Shown here: positions 8,386 through 16,670 of the stretch, one piece after another | Layout of the letters: every line of letters starts with the position of its first letter | Numbering within the stretch: the first letter of the stretch is position 1 | Source: Deinococcales bacterium | GTDB lineage: Bacteria; Deinococcota; Deinococci; Deinococcales; JAAFIG01 | DNA: 25,070 nt | Direction of reading: 5' to 3' | NCBI GenBank assembly: GCA_043778225.1 | Contig: JAYWGM010000046.1 | Location: 1 to 25,070 of the forward strand | Translations under genes and position numbers: made by a program | Notes under the pieces: generated by a model | What the model was told of the DNA's origin: nothing | What the model saw: only the letters and a program-made list of their open reading frames with translations | Databases searched by the model: none

Positions 8386-9567
8386 ATGCAGCAACTCAAC
8401 CGTGGGCAACGCCTAAAACTCAGCCAAGTTGGACTTGGACAGCAATTGACTGTTCAAGTCGCGGTCAACGGTGCGGCAATCACCCCAACTGTGATTGCCG
8501 CCATCACCGATGCTAACCAACGTATCGAAAGCGCCCAGCAAATTGTCAGTCAAAAACAGAGCCATGCCGCGATTCAGGTCAGTTCGCAAACCAGCAGTGT
8601 CACCACGTATTTACTTGACCTCGAGAAGCTCAATCCTGACCAGCAAATCGTGCTTTTTTTATCGTTCCCAACACGCCATAATAAATTATTCTCGGGAATT
8701 TTAGTCACCATTGGAAACACCCTCGAGTTTACGCTGCCCCACGCTGAGTATGCACAAGAGCAAAGCCTGATTCTTGGGGTTTTTTACCACAAAGAAAACG
8801 AACATCGGTTTCATGCTTACGGCAATGGTTATTTTGACAGCACCGAAGGTTTGACCACCCATTTTAAGTTTGATATTCGCAGTTTGCTCGAGCCAAAAGC
8901 CGTTGTAAACTCGAGTCTACCAAGCCCAAGTCTAGCCCAGCACCAGTTGCCAATTCGGTTGCCGAGCGCATGGGCGGGACGGCAGCACGTAACTGTTCCT
9001 AGCGGATTAGTACCATCCATTCAGTTTATCGAAGTGACCCAAACCGATGGTCAAAAATCAAGCGGCAGTGGCTTTGCCATTGGTCCGGGCGGCTACCTTA
9101 TCACTTGTCATCATGTGATTGAAGATGCAAGCAGCATCAGCATTATTACCGAACAAAGCACCGAGTCTCGAGCAGCAATGGTGGTTGCGACCGATGAACA
9201 CCACGATTTAGCGCTGCTGTATGTCACCGATAACCAAGGTTTTAGCGATTGGTTATTGCTGGATTTAGACCGCGAACCACAACTTGGCGACGAACTTGGC
9301 TTACTTGCCTATCCGCTTGGCACAACTTTTGGGCGCAATGTGACCTACTCCAAAGGGATTATTAACGGCATTCGCCAACAAGATGGCACACCTTTTTTGC
9401 AAATAGATACAGGCGCAGCCCCCGGCTCGAGTGGTGGAGCGATTTTCTCGAGCCAAATGGGAAAAGTGGTTGGCGTACTGCATGGCGGTTTACCGCTTGG
9501 ACACGGCATGATTATCAACTTGGGTGTGGATATTCGTAACCTCAAGCAGCTCGGTTGGGTCAAATAG
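8386..9567 (+). CDS. Fusion of a divergent TerD-like N domain and a trypsin-like (S1) serine protease
   Basis: N terminus MQQLNRGQRLKLSQVGL...RFHAYGNGY...LTTHF parallels the TerA N domain in this window. The C domain has SGSGF, ITCHHVI (His), HDLALL (Asp) and APGSSGG (Ser). No signal peptide or PDZ domain seen. Confidence 0.8.
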   Translation: MQQLNRGQRLKLSQVGLGQQLTVQVAVNGAAITPTVIAAITDANQRIESAQQIVSQKQSHAAIQVSSQTSSVTTYLLDLEKLNPDQQIVLFLSFPTRHNKLFSGILVTIGNTLEFTLPHAEYAQEQSLILGVFYHKENEHRFHAYGNGYFDSTEGLTTHFKFDIRSLLEPKAVVNSSLPSPSLAQHQLPIRLPSAWAGRQHVTVPSGLVPSIQFIEVTQTDGQKSSGSGFAIGPGGYLITCHHVIEDASSISIITEQSTESRAAMVVATDEHHDLALLYVTDNQGFSDWLLLDLDREPQLGDELGLLAYPLGTTFGRNVTYSKGIINGIRQQDGTPFLQIDTGAAPGSSGGAIFSSQMGKVVGVLHGGLPLGHGMIINLGVDIRNLKQLGWVK

Positions 9568-9630
9568 TGTTTAGCAGTTAGACCGAAAATTATTTTAATC
9601 GGGCTATGCGGCACACACTTCACCTTGGTG

Positions 9631-10995
9631 TCAAAGCATCAACAGATTATTCAACGATTCGCTGATGGTTGGATGGGCAAAAATCATTTCGCGGATGGTG
9701 CTGGCAGTCACATTGCCCAGCATTGCCATTTGTAGCACACTCATGACCTCGCCGCCTTCAACCCCAAGAATAGCTGCGCCTAGAATCAAATCGGTTTTGG
9801 CATCCACCACGACTTTCATCAAGCCAAAAGTTTCATCGGTTTCGATGGCTCGAGCCACACTGGTCATGGGTAATTTGTAAACTTTTACCTCGAGACCTTG
9901 TTCTTCGGCTTGGGTTTGGGTCATTCCAACCCGTGCAAGTTGTGGGTCGGTAAAAACCGTGTATGGTATGACTCGAGTTTTATAACTTCGTTTTGTGTTG
10001 TGCAGCAAAGCATCTCGGACAATTCGGTAATCGTCGTAGGCAATATGGGTGAATGCCGCGCCACCTTTGACATCACCAAGGGCATACGTATTTGGTACAT
10101 TCGTCTGGAGGTTATCGTCCACAACGACATAGCCTTTGGTATCAGTGGTGATTCCAGCCAGCATTAAGTTGAGCCTTTCGGTGTTCGGCACGCGACCAGT
10201 GGCAAGCAGCAAATGCGAGCCAGTAAATAAGCCAGACGCTAGCTCGAGTTGAATTTCTTGATTTGCAAGGCGTGAAACACTTTGAATCTGAACACCCAAG
10301 CGTAAGTCTATGCCACTGTCGATTAAAAGTTGCTGCATTGCTTGGGCAACATCGGGGTCTTCGTGCGGTAAAATTCGTGTGGCTTGCTCGAGTATCGTCA
10401 CTCGAGCACCAAAGCGTGCAAACATCTGTCCAAACTCGAGCGCAATATAGCCCGCACCAATAATCATCAGGTGTTCTGGGATTTTGTCTAGCTCGAGTAG
10501 CGATGTCGAGTCGAGGGCGTGAACATCGGCTAAGCCAGTTATTTTGGGTTGGGCTGGGCGTGTCCCAGTATTGATAAAAATATGTTGTGCTTCTAGGCTT
10601 TGGGTGCTGCCGTCCAAAAAACGAAGCTCGAGTTGCTTGGCGCTGGTAAAACTGGCTGTTGCGTAGATCAGTTCGAGGTTCTGGGTTTCTTCGAGACTGG
10701 TTTGGGTACTGTCACGAAAGGCATGAACAACTTTATTTTTGTGTTGCTGTACCTGCTCGAGATTGATGCGTCCTGCACTGGTCTGCACACCGAAATCGGC
10801 GGCTCGAGCCACCAAATGCGCCACCCTAGCACTGGCAATCATGGTTTTGGTAGGCGTACAACCGTCGTTAATGCACGTACCACCAACGGCTCGCTGTTCG
10901 ATTAGGGCAACGCGCCAGCCTGCTTTGGCGAGGGCTTTGGCAAGGGGGCTGCCAGCCTGTCCAGCCCCAATAATTATTGCGTCAAATTTTTTCAT
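9631..10995 (-). CDS. Class I pyridine nucleotide-disulfide oxidoreductase (RclA/mercuric-reductase-like)
   Basis: ATG 10995 (ATGA overlap); IIGAGQAG, redox GGTCINDGCTPTK, IIGAGYIALE, YALGDVKG and C-terminal HPTISE. Lacks the C-terminal Cys-Cys pair of true MerA. Confidence 0.88.
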   Translation of the reverse strand: MKKFDAIIIGAGQAGSPLAKALAKAGWRVALIEQRAVGGTCINDGCTPTKTMIASARVAHLVARAADFGVQTSAGRINLEQVQQHKNKVVHAFRDSTQTSLEETQNLELIYATASFTSAKQLELRFLDGSTQSLEAQHIFINTGTRPAQPKITGLADVHALDSTSLLELDKIPEHLMIIGAGYIALEFGQMFARFGARVTILEQATRILPHEDPDVAQAMQQLLIDSGIDLRLGVQIQSVSRLANQEIQLELASGLFTGSHLLLATGRVPNTERLNLMLAGITTDTKGYVVVDDNLQTNVPNTYALGDVKGGAAFTHIAYDDYRIVRDALLHNTKRSYKTRVIPYTVFTDPQLARVGMTQTQAEEQGLEVKVYKLPMTSVARAIETDETFGLMKVVVDAKTDLILGAAILGVEGGEVMSVLQMAMLGNVTASTIREMIFAHPTISESLNNLLML

Positions 10996-11780
10996 ACTTT
11001 TCCTTTTGGGCGTAATAACTCGAGCAATCCCGAGACAATGCCAACACCAGCCAAGGCTAACCATAGAACAAACGGCGTAAACAGCGCGGTCACGGCGGCA
11101 CTAGCAAAAATAATCAGTTGTAACCAGCGCCAAAATTTGGTGGGAAAGGGTGTTCCGTTGTCGCTGCTCGAGCTTGGCAGTGGTTTCCAATAACCGATAA
11201 TTGCCAGTATCAACAGCAGCAATGCCATCAGTACCGAAAGTGTTGGGAAAAATATCGAAACTGTAAAAGAGAACCACACCAAACTAAGTGCGGGTACAAT
11301 AAAACTCCAAAATGGGGCGCGGCGCAGTAACAAAACCAGCAGACTCGAGATGCTTAAAAAACCAAGCTCCTGACCTGTAAAAAAAGCTGCGAGGGTTGGC
11401 GCAAGGGCGACCAAAAACACATCCCCGATTTTTAAGTCACGCCCAGTGCAGCCCGAACCGGCTCGAGCCAGCATCATCAGTGTTCCAGTGGCGCAGAGTG
11501 CCGAAAATGCCCAAGCTCGAGCCTCGGTGTTTAAGCCAAGCAGTAGCAGCACGCCAGCGCTCGCAATGGCGGCAGTCAGAGGCTTATCGGGGTCAAGTTC
11601 GCGCCCAAGCGCCCATGTCAAGAAAACCCAAGCAGCACTAGAAATAATTAGCGACACCGAAGCACCTAAGAAACCCATCAGTACCCCAGCCGCAATGGTG
11701 ATTAGAAGCGCGTACCAATTTGAGCCATAGCGCAAATCTATGGCTCGGTCTAAACTGGTAAAACGTTGTAAAAAATTCAT
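10992..11780 (-). CDS. Hypothetical multi-pass membrane protein
   Basis: 262-aa hydrophobic ORF with FLTWALGRELDPD motif, coupled to neighbours by ATGA overlaps at both ends. Confidence 0.75.
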   Translation of the reverse strand: MNFLQRFTSLDRAIDLRYGSNWYALLITIAAGVLMGFLGASVSLIISSAAWVFLTWALGRELDPDKPLTAAIASAGVLLLLGLNTEARAWAFSALCATGTLMMLARAGSGCTGRDLKIGDVFLVALAPTLAAFFTGQELGFLSISSLLVLLLRRAPFWSFIVPALSLVWFSFTVSIFFPTLSVLMALLLLILAIIGYWKPLPSSSSDNGTPFPTKFWRWLQLIIFASAAVTALFTPFVLWLALAGVGIVSGLLELLRPKGKV

Positions 11781-12535
11781 GATGGTACATCCTTTTTTGG
11801 TGTTAGCTCCTCGAGTTTTGCTTTCGCCACAGAATTCTCAGGGGCAATTTTGATTTCTGGACTCGAGCCAATTTTTAGGGCTTCGGAGTCGCCACGGCTC
11901 AGGGCTTCGAGATCGCCACGGCTCAGGGCTTGGGCTACCAACAACTGCATTCTGGTCAGGGATTGCCGCGCAAATCGTTTTTGTAAACGCCGTCCAAATA
12001 ACCAAAATCCAACCCGATAAAAAACGTTTTCTATCAAACCAGTTTTTGAGAAGGCATCAATCCGAAATTGGACTGTGCCAGTTTGCAGATTTTTAGCAAT
12101 CAAAAATTCGATTTGTCCACGTTCAAAATGCCCTTCTAAGGTTGCATAGCGGTAGCCCCAAAGGCGCTCTTGACCATTGCCGACCTGTCGCAATTCGTTG
12201 GTCACACCACAGACTTTAACCCCGAAAAAAAACTGTAAACCTAAAAAATTTGCCCTCAGCAGCATCACCCGTTGCTCGAGTGGTTGGTCGGGCAAAAAAA
12301 TGCCAGTAATCAAATCTGGTGGTGGAAAACGGTATTCGCGCAGCACCGCTTGGGCAGCCTTAAACGAACCATTCGAGCATGGTTCGCCAGTCGCTTCTGG
12401 TGGCAAATCGGCTTCATACTGGTCTAAATTCCAGCCATTAGCGGTGGTAAAATCCTCACGGCGTTCTAAGTCAAGGTTGAGTTTAAGATTTGCCAGACGT
12501 TCTAATCGGGCTTTGTACAGTTCAAAGTTGGTCAT
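11777..12535 (-). CDS. DUF1990-like protein
   Basis: WGYRYATLEGHFERGQIEF and FRIDAFSK resemble the DUF1990 TL.GH.E.G motif. Confidence 0.7.
   Translation of the reverse strand: MTNFELYKARLERLANLKLNLDLERREDFTTANGWNLDQYEADLPPEATGEPCSNGSFKAAQAVLREYRFPPPDLITGIFLPDQPLEQRVMLLRANFLGLQFFFGVKVCGVTNELRQVGNGQERLWGYRYATLEGHFERGQIEFLIAKNLQTGTVQFRIDAFSKTGLIENVFYRVGFWLFGRRLQKRFARQSLTRMQLLVAQALSRGDLEALSRGDSEALKIGSSPEIKIAPENSVAKAKLEELTPKKDVPS
11877..11931. repeat. 24-bp tandem duplication inside a CDS
   Basis: AGGGCTT starts at 11877, 11901 and 11925; the repeat encodes ALSRGDLE-ALSRGDSE-AL on the minus strand. Confidence 0.85.
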
Positions 12536-13200
12536 GCTTGTTCCTGTTCGCTGACCACAATCTGACCAATCATCTGACCATGCCCAAGTTCAACCACCCG
12601 CTCGAGAAAAGTACGCCACGTGGTGGTTTGTAAGCCTTTGGCAAGCCCAAGTTTATCGTAAGTTAAATCCACAATTTGGTCTCGAGAACGCGCCCATGAG
12701 GTAATCCCAAAACGCAGAATTCCAGAACGGGTTGTGGTCGCAGCAAAACGAATTTTTCCAGCTTCAGGATGCCCTTGGAGCGTCACAAAACTAAAAGCGG
12801 TCTCGGTGACTTCAATCACCCGAACTTTACCATTCCAAGGACCAAAAATCGTGATTTCAAATTCGTCACCTAACCTTAAAACCCAACTCGAGCCTCGAGA
12901 TTTTTCAAAAGCAGCCAGTTCTTCGGGGCTAAGTTGCTCGAGATGAGAAAAAACTTGGCGCATCAGTTCGGACGGCGACAGTTGAGTTCTAAAAACCACT
13001 TCGTAAGACCTCCCAAGTAATTTGCCAAAACCGTCTCCCTCAAGCTGAAGCTGGTCATCTATCAAGTGGCTTGGAATTTCAGGCGAGGCTGGTAAAGGTT
13101 TTCGGCGCGGACGGGCTGGGTTAAATACTTGTTTTATGATGCCACGAAAACGCGCCAGCCAACCTTCTCGAGCCGTTCTGGGGGTGGTGTTCTGGCGCAT
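12532..13200 (-). CDS. DUF1990-like protein (second paralog)
   Basis: GPWNGKVRV, FSFVTLQGHPEAG.I.F and ITSWARS motifs; start ATG 13200 or TTG 13218. Confidence 0.7.
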   Translation of the reverse strand: MRQNTTPRTAREGWLARFRGIIKQVFNPARPRRKPLPASPEIPSHLIDDQLQLEGDGFGKLLGRSYEVVFRTQLSPSELMRQVFSHLEQLSPEELAAFEKSRGSSWVLRLGDEFEITIFGPWNGKVRVIEVTETAFSFVTLQGHPEAGKIRFAATTTRSGILRFGITSWARSRDQIVDLTYDKLGLAKGLQTTTWRTFLERVVELGHGQMIGQIVVSEQEQA

Positions 13201-13262
13201 GACATTCAGTCTAGCCAAGCCATTCAGGCAAGGCTGAGCTTAGGCTGAACACAACCTGAACT

Positions 13263-14180
13263 TTATTCGACTGCTCTGAGCAATGCCAGATGCACCACGC
13301 TCTGAACAGCTGCCACCAAAGCAATCAGTGGCGGGGCAGGAACTTGGGCGGTGCTAAACACAAAGCTGGTATCGCCATCGTGTGGCGTGTGCGAAGGGCG
13401 TGTGCCTCGAGCCAAACCCATCTGAGCAGCCTGTGCCAGAACACTGCACTCGAGCTTGGTCAAGCTCGCATTTGTACCAATGGCAATTAAAGTCGTGTTG
13501 GTGTGTTGTAAAAATTTATTTTGCCCAAGCGCTAAAATCTCGAGCCGTTCTGGGTCGGTCAGGCGTGTGCCATCGGGTTTGCGTGTGCCAGCCACAACCA
13601 TGCCACTCGAGTCCACAATATCGCCCGTTGGGTTAGCAACCACCAGCGCGGTAACGTAACTCAAGCCAACGGTTAAAAGCGCACTGCCAATACCACCCGC
13701 TTGGGCATGAGCAAAACCCAGCAGTTTACCCGTCATTGCTCCAGCGCCAACCCCGATTTGTCCATTTTGCACAGGGTCACTCGAGGCAGTTTGGCAAGCC
13801 GTTAAGCCATTTTCGGCACTTGGGCGGATACTTGAATCGCCGACCGCCAAATCAAAAATGACCGCACTCGGCACAATCGGCACACGCCCACCGGGGGTTA
13901 GCACACCTTCGCCATGTTGCTCGAGAAACTGCATCACCCCAGTTGCGGCGGCTAAACCATAAGCACTACCGCCGGTCAGCAGTAAACCATGAACTTTTTC
14001 GACCGCTTTATCTGGCGCTAAAAGCGGTGTTTCTCGAGTTCCGGGCGCACCGCCACGCACTTCGGCGCTCATCACCACCCCGCCAGACGGAAATAAGACC
14101 ACGGTGCAACCGGTTCGCGCCGTCGGGTCTGTCCAATGCCCGACCCGAACTCCAGCCAGTGCCGTCAAAGATTGATTCAT
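13263..14180 (-). CDS. P1-family peptidase (DmpA/peptidase S58-like)
   Basis: GVRVGHWT, TGCTVV, VRGGAPGTRET, LLTGGSAYGL, VPIVPSAVIFDL, NTTL (autoprocessing site) and PSHTPHDGDT. Confidence 0.9.
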   Translation of the reverse strand: MNQSLTALAGVRVGHWTDPTARTGCTVVLFPSGGVVMSAEVRGGAPGTRETPLLAPDKAVEKVHGLLLTGGSAYGLAAATGVMQFLEQHGEGVLTPGGRVPIVPSAVIFDLAVGDSSIRPSAENGLTACQTASSDPVQNGQIGVGAGAMTGKLLGFAHAQAGGIGSALLTVGLSYVTALVVANPTGDIVDSSGMVVAGTRKPDGTRLTDPERLEILALGQNKFLQHTNTTLIAIGTNASLTKLECSVLAQAAQMGLARGTRPSHTPHDGDTSFVFSTAQVPAPPLIALVAAVQSVVHLALLRAVE

Positions 14181-14182
14181 GC

Positions 14183-14192
14183 TGCTATTCTA
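14183..14192. promoter_or_regulatory. Overlapping bidirectional -10 elements for two divergent leaderless genes
   Basis: Plus strand TGcTATTCT (14183-14191) is 6 nt before GTG 14198. Minus strand TAGAAT (14192-14187) is 6 nt before ATG 14180. Confidence 0.7.
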
Positions 14193-14197
14193 AACAA

Positions 14198-14836
14198 GTG
14201 CTGCTGTCTGTGGATTGGGATTTTTTTTCTGGGTGTCTCGAGCATACTTTTGATGCGCCAATTTGGGGGACTCGAGACACCGATTTCGACCGCATAGAAG
14301 CATGGCAACTCCGCGCCGCAAAACGCAATGGCAATTTAAGTACCGATTTTCCGTTGCTCGAGGATTGGCACTGGCTGCTGCAATTTCAGGGGATTCCGAC
14401 CTTGGCTACTGTCAGTCATGCCGATGCTTACGGCTTACTCGAGCAGCTTTCAAGTAAAAGTGTAACTAACCTAGATTCGCACCACGATTTATACAGTAAA
14501 AGCGGCGACCCGACTCGAGTTCGGGCTGGGAATTGGGCTGGGTTAGCCCTAGAGCATGGTTTAATCCAGTCTTATACTTGTGTTTACCCGCCTTGGCACG
14601 AGCATATTCGAGTGGCAGAAGGGTACGACCTTGAGCGCACACGGTCTGAACTTGGCTTGAGATTTTTAGAGACTCGGCTGGAGCGCACAGCCCTAGCCGA
14701 CCTCGAGCTTGGTGGCATCAGCCATATTTTGTTGGTGCAGTCGCCAGCTTGGACCAACCCAGAACACGACCCGTTTTTCCTCGAGTTATGCGCTGGGCTG
14801 CGGGCAGATTTTCTTGAGGTGCCGCTAAGACGCTGA
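14198..14836 (+). CDS. Arginase/UPF0489-like metallohydrolase-fold protein
   Basis: Start re-called at GTG 14198 (VLLSVDWDFF); SHAD, NLDSHHDLY, GNWAG and QSPAWT metal-ligand-like motifs. The upstream part of ORF 13943 overlaps the P1 peptidase and is not credible. Confidence 0.65.
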   Translation: MLLSVDWDFFSGCLEHTFDAPIWGTRDTDFDRIEAWQLRAAKRNGNLSTDFPLLEDWHWLLQFQGIPTLATVSHADAYGLLEQLSSKSVTNLDSHHDLYSKSGDPTRVRAGNWAGLALEHGLIQSYTCVYPPWHEHIRVAEGYDLERTRSELGLRFLETRLERTALADLELGGISHILLVQSPAWTNPEHDPFFLELCAGLRADFLEVPLRR

Positions 14837-15478
14837 CCCAAGCGCCTCGAGTTGCCGTACCCACGCATCAAAATGCAGGCACTTTTGACGCATAACAGCC
14901 AAGGTTATCTGCTCGGCAATGTCTAAACCGTGCAGCACTTTTTGGTATTGATGATAAAGAACCAAGAGCCGTTTAGAAGGCGCAGTTTGTAAACCACCAT
15001 TGATGTGTTCTGGTGTTTCAAACTGTGAAACAATTTTCTCGAGTTCAGAAAGCCGAGACGACTGATTTTTAAGTGCCTTACAAACCTCTTGATCTAAAAT
15101 ACTTGGCGCACTAAACAACAACGCTTCAAATTCGTAGGCTTGAATGTAGGGAATAAATCGCCAATCAGCAATGAAATCTTTTAAGGCATTCTCGAGATGT
15201 TGCAACCTAGACTCGAGTTGCTGGGGCTGCGAATCAAAACCAGGAAACGATTTATGTAATCCAAACAAATCAAACATGGTCGAGACATACCCGTGATGCA
15301 ACTCAAGACGAATACTCTTTTCGACCCGAACAAACGAGGTCACACCACCACTTTGCTGTTTTGAAGTGGGTACTTTAATCGCTTTAGCGAACACACCAAA
15401 TTGTCTAAGGTGAGGTCTGAGAATACGCTTTACAAACTGTTCTTCACAGTCTCCCTCGGCAATAATCGTTAAATTCAA
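14825..15478 (-). CDS. DUF4276-family protein (TOPRIM-like)
   Basis: IIAEGDCEEQFV, STMFDLFG, FIPYIQAYEFEALLFS, PEHING...APSKRL and CLHFDAW; TTGA overlap with the upstream ATPase. Confidence 0.8.
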   Translation of the reverse strand: MNLTIIAEGDCEEQFVKRILRPHLRQFGVFAKAIKVPTSKQQSGGVTSFVRVEKSIRLELHHGYVSTMFDLFGLHKSFPGFDSQPQQLESRLQHLENALKDFIADWRFIPYIQAYEFEALLFSAPSILDQEVCKALKNQSSRLSELEKIVSQFETPEHINGGLQTAPSKRLLVLYHQYQKVLHGLDIAEQITLAVMRQKCLHFDAWVRQLEALGSAS

Positions 15479-16629
15479 GGCTTACCACCCAAGACATTCT
15501 TGAGCCATAAATCACCAACACTGTAATCCTCGAGCCAGCCCTCGAGTTCGGTTGCATCCAAGCGTTTGACCAATGTTTCTTCGGAATCTTCCTCGCGTTC
15601 GACAACCAAAATTTGATGCGGCTCGAATTGATTCAAAAAATCGACGCTTTGGGTTGCCACAATAATTTGGCTTTCAAACGAAGCCTGACGAATTAAATCG
15701 GCAATGAGTTGCAATGCTGTTGGGTGCAAACCAAGTTCTGGTTCATCAATAATAATTAAGGGTGGAGGATTAAACAGCAGTAACACTGCTAATGCAATAA
15801 ATCGCAATGACCCATCCGATAAATGGGCGGCTGAGAGCAATAAATCCTGCCCCAAATTGCGATACTCGAGCCGAATCTGATTTTCATTAAAGGGGTCTGG
15901 ACGAAGAACAAAGCAATCAAAACGAGGAACAACACGACGAACAAGACTTTGAAAAAAGCTAAATTGCTTGGGTTGTTTTATAGAAAATAAGTAAATCCAA
16001 GCTGATAAATTTTCTCCCATACCCCGCAAATTTACATTGTCATTGATAAGCGATGGCTGTCTAATGGGAGACATAGGAGATGTGTCACAGAATTTATAAA
16101 TTCCCAAATTCCCAAATAACTCTGAGATTTTTTTGCTATGCTCTACTAAAATGTTTACTGTTGCTGTATCTCTTACAGGTGAGTAAATTTCTTGTTTTTG
16201 ATCGTCAAAATTAAAGAGGGTTAGTTTTTGTCCAGACTTTGACTCGGCGTTAGAAATTTGAGAAATCTCAACTTGACCACCAGAAATATAATCTATTTGG
16301 GTGGCGTGAGTTAGCTTCTTCTTATCTGCTAGTGTAATTTTGATTTTGATTTTTGAATTTAGCTTGACTCCTCCATAAAAAAGTGAATCATTACCGCCTA
16401 GACCATTAAAAAATTGTCTAAAAGATGAATGGTTTCGTTCAGACAAAAGGTATACCGAAAGTAGGATATTACTTTTGCCTGCGCCATTCGCTCCAATTAA
16501 AACGTTAATATCACGCAGTTCGATTTTGGCGTGCTTAATCCCTCGAAATCCTGTAATCTCGAGGGTATCTATCTTGATGCGCTCAGGCAGATTCTCGAGC
16601 GTTTTTGCTTGGATTGCAGGGCTGCTCAT
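15475..16629 (-). CDS. Soluble ABC-type/AAA_21 ATPase (COG4637-like)
   Basis: ITGFRGI, Walker A GANGAGKSN, signature LSDGSLRF, Walker B/D-loop IIIDEPELGLHP, ATQS and C-terminal YSVGDLWLKNVLGG. ATG 16629 is preceded by TACAAT (16642-16637). Confidence 0.88.
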   Translation of the reverse strand: MSSPAIQAKTLENLPERIKIDTLEITGFRGIKHAKIELRDINVLIGANGAGKSNILLSVYLLSERNHSSFRQFFNGLGGNDSLFYGGVKLNSKIKIKITLADKKKLTHATQIDYISGGQVEISQISNAESKSGQKLTLFNFDDQKQEIYSPVRDTATVNILVEHSKKISELFGNLGIYKFCDTSPMSPIRQPSLINDNVNLRGMGENLSAWIYLFSIKQPKQFSFFQSLVRRVVPRFDCFVLRPDPFNENQIRLEYRNLGQDLLLSAAHLSDGSLRFIALAVLLLFNPPPLIIIDEPELGLHPTALQLIADLIRQASFESQIIVATQSVDFLNQFEPHQILVVEREEDSEETLVKRLDATELEGWLEDYSVGDLWLKNVLGGKP

Positions 16630-16670
16630 GGTTGTTATTGTAGTTGAATTTAATCTCAACACCAAACTGT

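Noticed and set aside
9631..10995. merA (mercuric reductase) call
   Set aside because: No C-terminal Cys-Cys, no NmerA domain and no mer genes nearby.
13204..13262. Possible terminator between the P1 peptidase and DUF1990 genes
   Set aside because: Only short imperfect inverted repeats (TTCAG/CTGAA) and no U-tract on the coding strand.
13943..14197. N-terminal extension of the arginase-like ORF
   Set aside because: Antisense overlap with the P1 peptidase; recognisable motifs begin at GTG 14198.
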